Shown here: one piece after another, positions 15,862-22,467 of the stretch
Layout of the letters: each line of letters starts with the position of its first letter
How positions within the stretch are numbered: the stretch's first letter is position 1
From: an uncultured bacterium
Lineage (GTDB): Bacteria > Lernaellota > Lernaellaia > Lernaellales > Lernaellaceae
Assembly: GCA_964534375.1 (NCBI GenBank)
Contig: CAZHPN010000093.1
Span: 1 to 22,467, forward strand
Direction: 5' to 3'
Length of the DNA stretch: 22,467 bases
Translations under genes and position numbers: made by a program
The notes under the pieces: model-generated
Told to the model about the DNA's origin: nothing
Databases searched by the model: none
Seen by the model: only the letters and a program-made list of their open reading frames with translations

Positions 15862-16813
15862 CCGGGAAATTGATCCTCTCGCGCTCGATCACGAGCGGCC
15901 GCTTGCGCACCTGGGACTGGATCGCGCTGATGTACTCGCCGAAAACGCCGAGAAAGAAGAGCTGCACGCCGGAGAAGAAGAACAGCGCCGTCAGCAGGGT
16001 CGGGATGCCGGCCGGCGCCAACTTGCGGTAGAAGATCAGGTTCACGGCCGCCGTGAAAATCGCGTAGAGGATGCTGAGGCCGGAAAGGATCAGCCCGAAA
16101 AACAGCGCCAAGCGCAACGGCACGTTGGAAAACGAAATCAGCCCGTTGATCGCCTGGTCGATCAGATCGTACAGGCGGTTTTTCGACAGCCCCTTCTTGC
16201 GCGCCTTCCACGTGTACGGCACGCCGACCGAACGGAAGCCGCAACTGGCGATCATCCCGCGGATATACGGATAATAATCGTCGAATTTGCGCAGGGCGTC
16301 GACCACCACCTTGTCGATCAACTGGAACTCGGCCACATCCGGCGGAATATGGATATCCGTAATGCGCTGCACGGTGCGATAATACGCGTGGCGCACGCCG
16401 CGCATGAGCGCGCCCTCTTCCCGGTTGGCGCGGATGCCGTAAACGATCTCGTGCCCGGCCTCCCATTGGCGGACGAACTCGACGATCACCTCGGCCGGGT
16501 CCTGCAAATCCGCCGCGAACAGCGGCACCACCGCGTCGCCGGTCGTCGCCAGCAGGCCGTTGAACGTCGAACGAAACGGCCCGAAATTGCGGGCGTTGAC
16601 GATCACCTTCACGCGCGGATCCGCCGCCGCCATCTTCCGCAGAATGGCGACCGTGTCGTCGGCGGACGCGTTGTCGCAAAAAATCTGCTCGTGATCGTAT
16701 TCCGGCAGGCGCTTCTCGAACAGCTCGACGATCGCCCGGCGGCAATCTTCGACGTTGAGCGACTCGTTGTACGTCGGCGTCACAATGGTGATCAGCTTCC
16801 GCTTTTCCGCCAT
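15839..16813 (-). CDS. GT2 polyprenyl-phosphate glycosyltransferase (GtrB/ArnC-like)
   Basis: IVTPTYNE, DNASADDT, RNFG, ADLQDP, two C-terminal TM helices and LGVFGEYI...RP. Confidence 0.9.
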   Translation of the reverse strand: MAEKRKLITIVTPTYNESLNVEDCRRAIVELFEKRLPEYDHEQIFCDNASADDTVAILRKMAAADPRVKVIVNARNFGPFRSTFNGLLATTGDAVVPLFAADLQDPAEVIVEFVRQWEAGHEIVYGIRANREEGALMRGVRHAYYRTVQRITDIHIPPDVAEFQLIDKVVVDALRKFDDYYPYIRGMIASCGFRSVGVPYTWKARKKGLSKNRLYDLIDQAINGLISFSNVPLRLALFFGLILSGLSILYAIFTAAVNLIFYRKLAPAGIPTLLTALFFFSGVQLFFLGVFGEYISAIQSQVRKRPLVIERERINFPDDAKPPA

Positions 16814-16816
16814 GCT

Positions 16817-17743
16817 TCAGAGCTCCTTTTTCTGCCGCACCAGGTCGCGCACCAGCCCGTCGAGGTCGCCGAACATCTCGCGCATGTACGCCTGCGAGCC
16901 GATGCGCCGGTGCAGGCGGTCGGGCGCGCCGAAGCGCCGGAACAGGCAGCGTGCGCCCGGCGTTTCGGCGAGCGTTTCCGCCGTCGCCGAGCCCAGGCCC
17001 CCGATGATGCTGTGCTCTTCCAGCGTGACGATGACGCCGGTTTCGCGCGCCGCCGCGCGCACCGCGTCCTCATCGAGCGGCTTGAGCGTGTGCATGCTCA
17101 GCACGCGCACTTCCAGGCCGTGCGCCGCGCGCAGGCGGTCGGCCGCCGTCACCGCGGTCTTCAGCATCCCGCCGGTGCTGATCAGCGTCGCGTCGCCGCC
17201 CTCGCGCACGCGGATCGCCTTGCCGATTTCGAACGCCGGCGGCGCGGCGTGCACCTCCGGCTCGCCGGCCTTGCCCAGGCGCAGGTAGCACGGGCCGGGC
17301 AGCGCGGCGATGGCGCGGGTCGCGAGGCGCGTCTCGGCCGGATCGCCGGGCGCGACGACGGTCATGCCCGGCAGCGTCCGCAGCACGGCGAGGTCTTCGA
17401 GCCCGTGGTGGGTGTACCCTTGCGACCCGTAGGTGAAGCCGCCGCCGACGGCGACGACCTTCACCGGCAATTCGTGATAGCACACGTCATTGCGGATTTG
17501 TTCCAGGCAGCGCAGCGTCGGGAAATTGGCGATCGAATAGGTGAAGACGATCTTGCCGCTGTGCGCGAGGCCCGCGGCGACGCCGGTCAGGTTTTGCTCG
17601 GCGACGCCGACGTTGACGTACCGCGCCGGCGCGCATTTTTGGAAGCGTTCGAGGACGGAATAGCCGAGGTCGCCGGCGAGCAGCCAGAGGCGCTGGTCGG
17701 TCGCGACCAACTCGCACAGGGTCTCGGCGAACGCGGTCCTCAC
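16817..17743 (-). CDS. Transketolase C-terminal subunit (pyrimidine-binding and C domains)
   Basis: VRTAF...DLG, NVGVAEQN, EQIRND, THH..ED, PCYLRLGK, LKPLD, EEHSIIGGLG. GTG start overlaps the upstream stop. Confidence 0.9.
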   Translation of the reverse strand: MRTAFAETLCELVATDQRLWLLAGDLGYSVLERFQKCAPARYVNVGVAEQNLTGVAAGLAHSGKIVFTYSIANFPTLRCLEQIRNDVCYHELPVKVVAVGGGFTYGSQGYTHHGLEDLAVLRTLPGMTVVAPGDPAETRLATRAIAALPGPCYLRLGKAGEPEVHAAPPAFEIGKAIRVREGGDATLISTGGMLKTAVTAADRLRAAHGLEVRVLSMHTLKPLDEDAVRAAARETGVIVTLEEHSIIGGLGSATAETLAETPGARCLFRRFGAPDRLHRRIGSQAYMREMFGDLDGLVRDLVRQKKEL

Positions 17744-18567
17744 GCCTCGCCCTCCACTTCCTCGAGCGCCGCCGCCAACTGCGCGTCGTCCGGCGATTTG
17801 TAGTGCCACGCCAGCAGGTTTTCCATGAAGCGCACGCCCTTGCCTTTGATCGTGTGCGCGAGGACCAGCGACGGTTTGCCCGCCGCGAACGGCGCGGCGC
17901 CGAGCGCGGCCAGAATCTGCGCCGGATCGTGGCCGTCGATCTCGCGCACCGCCCAGCCGAACGCGCGCCACTTGTCGGCGAACGGCTCCAGGTCGAGCAC
18001 CTCTTTCACCGAGCCGAAGCTTTGGATCTTGTTGTAATCGACGATGGCGACCAGACGGTCGAGGCGATGGTGCCCCGCGAACAGCGCCGCTTCCCAGATC
18101 GAGCCCTCGTCGCACTCGCCGTCGCTGAGCAGCACGAACGCGCGCCACGGCCGGCCGTCCGCCTGCGCCGCCAGCGCGACGCCGCAGCCGAGCGCCAGGC
18201 CGTGCCCCAGCGACCCGGTCGAAAACTCGACGCCCGGAACGCCGTGCCGCGTCACGTGGCCGGCCAGCGGCGTGCCGTCCTGGCCGTAGGTCTTCAGCCA
18301 TTCGCGCGGGAAAAAGCCGCGTTCGGCCAGCGCCGCATACACGGCCGCGGCGGCGTGGCCCTTGCTGAGAATGAAGCGGTCGCGGTCCGGCCAATCCGGG
18401 CGCGCCGGATCGATGTGCAGGATTTCGGCGTACAGCGCCGCGAGCAGATCGGCCATCGACAGGCAACTGCCGATGTGCGAGGCGCGCGCCTGGTGCACCA
18501 TGCGCAAGGCGTCGGCGCGGATGCGCCGCGCCAGATCCTGCGTTCGCCTAACCGCGTCGTCGTTCAC
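17740..18567 (-). CDS. Transketolase N-terminal subunit (ThDP-binding)
   Basis: HIGSCLS, RDRFILSKGH, STGSLGHGL, SDGECDEG...EA...DYNKIQ, IDGHD, HTIKGKG, WHY. Confidence 0.92.
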   Translation of the reverse strand: MNDDAVRRTQDLARRIRADALRMVHQARASHIGSCLSMADLLAALYAEILHIDPARPDWPDRDRFILSKGHAAAAVYAALAERGFFPREWLKTYGQDGTPLAGHVTRHGVPGVEFSTGSLGHGLALGCGVALAAQADGRPWRAFVLLSDGECDEGSIWEAALFAGHHRLDRLVAIVDYNKIQSFGSVKEVLDLEPFADKWRAFGWAVREIDGHDPAQILAALGAAPFAAGKPSLVLAHTIKGKGVRFMENLLAWHYKSPDDAQLAAALEEVEGEA

Positions 18568-19468
18568 GATGCCACTCGATAGTTTTCGCCAGCCCCGTCT
18601 CCAGCGGCGTGCGCGGCGCCCAGCCGGTCGCGGCGCGCAGGCGCGAAATGTCGGCTTCCAGACGCATCACCTGGTCCGGCCGGTACGGGATCTCGCCGAA
18701 ACCGAGCGGCAGGCGCGGATCGATGCCGTCGCGAATGCGCTCGACGATGCGCCGCAACGGTTCGGCGCGGCCCGAGCCGAGATTGAACACGCCCGTCGCC
18801 GCCGTCTGCCGCGCGACCGCCGCGATCGCCGCCGCCGCGTCGGCCGCATAAATGTAATCCCAAAGTTGCTCGCCGGCGGTAAGCGACGGCCGTTCGCCGT
18901 TCAGCAATTTTTCGATCAGATACGGGATCATCCAATTCGGATGATCGCCCGGGCCGTACGAGGAAAACAGCCGCAGCCACGCGAAACGCACGCCGAGCCC
19001 ATCGCACAGTCGTTCGGCGGTCACACAAACGCTCAACTTCGCCGCGCCGTAAAGCGTAGTTGGCCGCGTCGGCGCGCTTTCGTCGATGGGCCGCGATTGC
19101 GGGCCGTATTCCGCCTGCGAACCCAGGCCCAGCCAATTTTTCACGCCGGCCCGCTGCGCCGATTTCACGAGTTCCAACGACAGCCCGATGTTGTCGGTCT
19201 GCGACGGATCGTTCCGGTCGTTGTTGATCACGCCTTTCCACGCGAGATGGATGATCGTGTCCGGCGCAAAATCCGCGAGCGCTTGCTCCCACGCCCGCGG
19301 CGTCGCCAGATCGCCGTCGATGGCCGTGGTACGCGGCAGCAGGTCCGCGATGCGCGTCGGCGCGAACCCCGGCTGCAGCAGCACCGCGACCGCGTCGCCG
19401 GCGTCGAGCAATTGCGGCAGCAAATAGGACCCGAGAAAACCCGCGGCCCCCGTCAAAAAAACTCGCAT
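18548..19468 (-). CDS. NAD-dependent NDP-sugar epimerase/dehydratase/4-reductase (extended SDR)
   Basis: TGAAGFLG, IHLAW, GSQAEYG, YGAAK, RLFSSYGP, DYIYAAD, VFNLGSG. GAGG RBS. Confidence 0.9.
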   Translation of the reverse strand: MRVFLTGAAGFLGSYLLPQLLDAGDAVAVLLQPGFAPTRIADLLPRTTAIDGDLATPRAWEQALADFAPDTIIHLAWKGVINNDRNDPSQTDNIGLSLELVKSAQRAGVKNWLGLGSQAEYGPQSRPIDESAPTRPTTLYGAAKLSVCVTAERLCDGLGVRFAWLRLFSSYGPGDHPNWMIPYLIEKLLNGERPSLTAGEQLWDYIYAADAAAAIAAVARQTAATGVFNLGSGRAEPLRRIVERIRDGIDPRLPLGFGEIPYRPDQVMRLEADISRLRAATGWAPRTPLETGLAKTIEWHRERRRG

Positions 19469-19523
19469 CGTCCCTCTTCCGGGGCAACGCCCCAGGACGG
19501 CTCATCAAGGGTTAGGCCGCGCC

Positions 19524-19552
19524 ATTCTGAGCGGGGCGCCGCGCATTTTCAA
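19524..19552 (-). promoter_or_regulatory. Putative sigma70 promoter of the glycosylation operon
   Basis: Minus strand TTGAAA-N17-CAGAAT, just downstream of a terminator. Confidence 0.4.
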
Positions 19553-19568
19553 GGCGGTTCTCGCCATG

Positions 19569-19599
19569 AAAAAGGGGGAAGTCCTTGCGGACTTCCCCC
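19569..19599 (-). terminator. Rho-independent terminator of the DUF1566-repeat gene
   Basis: Minus strand GGGGGAAGTCC-GCAA-GGACTTCCCCC-TTTTT: 11-bp perfect stem, GNRA loop and U tract. Confidence 0.88.
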
Positions 19600-19635
19600 C
19601 CGGATGACCTCAATGTCGACCCGACCAAAGATCAA

Positions 19636-21960
<2,325 letters not shown>

Positions 21961-22024
21961 GGCGGTCCCTCCAACATCGGCACATTTACATTTACGAACG
22001 GCATATTGCTTATTTTTTTGTGCG

Positions 22025-22040
22025 TGCATTTTTCATGCCA
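22025..22040 (-). promoter_or_regulatory. Sigma54 (-24/-12) promoter
   Basis: Minus strand TGGCATG-AAAA-ATGCA with exact GG-N10-GC spacing, about 65 nt upstream of ATG 21960. Confidence 0.7.
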
Positions 22041-22076
22041 CGATTGCGGCGTTGGTCAAAAAAAAGTTGTCCATGA

Positions 22077-22089
22077 AATCAATTAGTTA
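22077..22089. promoter_or_regulatory. IHF binding site
   Basis: AATCAATTAGTTA matches WATCAANNNNTTR exactly and lies between the sigma54 promoter and the upstream palindrome. Confidence 0.65.
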
Positions 22090-22121
22090 TGAAACCAGCC
22101 CGATCGGCGCAAGGCCCGCGC

Positions 22122-22138
22122 TATGAAAACATTTCATA
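22122..22138. promoter_or_regulatory. Palindromic candidate upstream activator sequence
   Basis: Perfect inverted repeat TATGAAA-aca-TTTCATA about 80-100 bp upstream of the -24 element. Confidence 0.55.
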
Positions 22139-22211
22139 AATTGGATAACTTTTTCACAATAGCGCGCAGCCAACGAAAAGATTACGGGGGGCGGTTTCAA
22201 GGCTTCCGGCT

Positions 22212-22276
22212 GTCCGCAGATTGCACAGATTGCGCAGATTCAGGATTATTCCGCCTAATCTGCGTAACCTGCGGAC
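22212..22276. repeat. REP-like palindromic element built from 9-nt GCRCAGATT units
   Basis: GTCCGCAGATT-GCACAGATT-GCGCAGATT ... AATCTGCGT-AACCTGCGGAC. Confidence 0.7.
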
Positions 22277-22467
22277 GCTCGAACCCCGAATCCAGAATCC
22301 CGTGTCCCGAACCCGCGGACCGCTCCGCACGGCGCTCAACCGCCGCAATGCGCGATCGTGCAGCCTGCGCCCGGGGCCGGCGCGCCCATCTTAGAGCGCG
22401 CTTTCCAGCCGCTCCAGGCTTAGTTGAATCCGACGCGCCGCGGCTGGCCGCCCGGGGCGATCCTCGT

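Overview
GC-rich bacterial window. The Asp-run linkers, Cys-rich lipoproteins and sigma54 signals suggest a deltaproteobacterial/Myxococcota-like lineage, but this is inference only. Plus strand: an SDR oxidoreductase; a lipoprotein AhpC/TSA (peroxiredoxin-like) gene that the ORF track splits in two but which reads as one selenoprotein (in-frame TGA in a W-U-G-S-C motif followed by a SECIS-like hairpin); a coupled GT-C glycosyltransferase / UbiA-family prenyltransferase / geranylgeranyl-reductase-family trio; L-rhamnose mutarotase; and a small 8-Cys protein behind a long structured leader. Minus strand: a lipoprotein with four 147-aa DUF1566-like domains under a sigma54 + IHF + UAS-like promoter; a seven-gene surface-glycosylation operon (NDP-sugar epimerase/reductase, split transketolase, GtrB-like GT2, GT-C, B12 radical SAM, SAM methyltransferase); three related Cys-rich lipoproteins; and a DUF362/ferredoxin gene coupled to a class V PLP enzyme. 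Several intergenic tandem and palindromic repeats are present. I found no rRNA, tRNA, CRISPR array, transposase or reverse transcriptase. All family calls come from motif recognition by eye; no database search was run.
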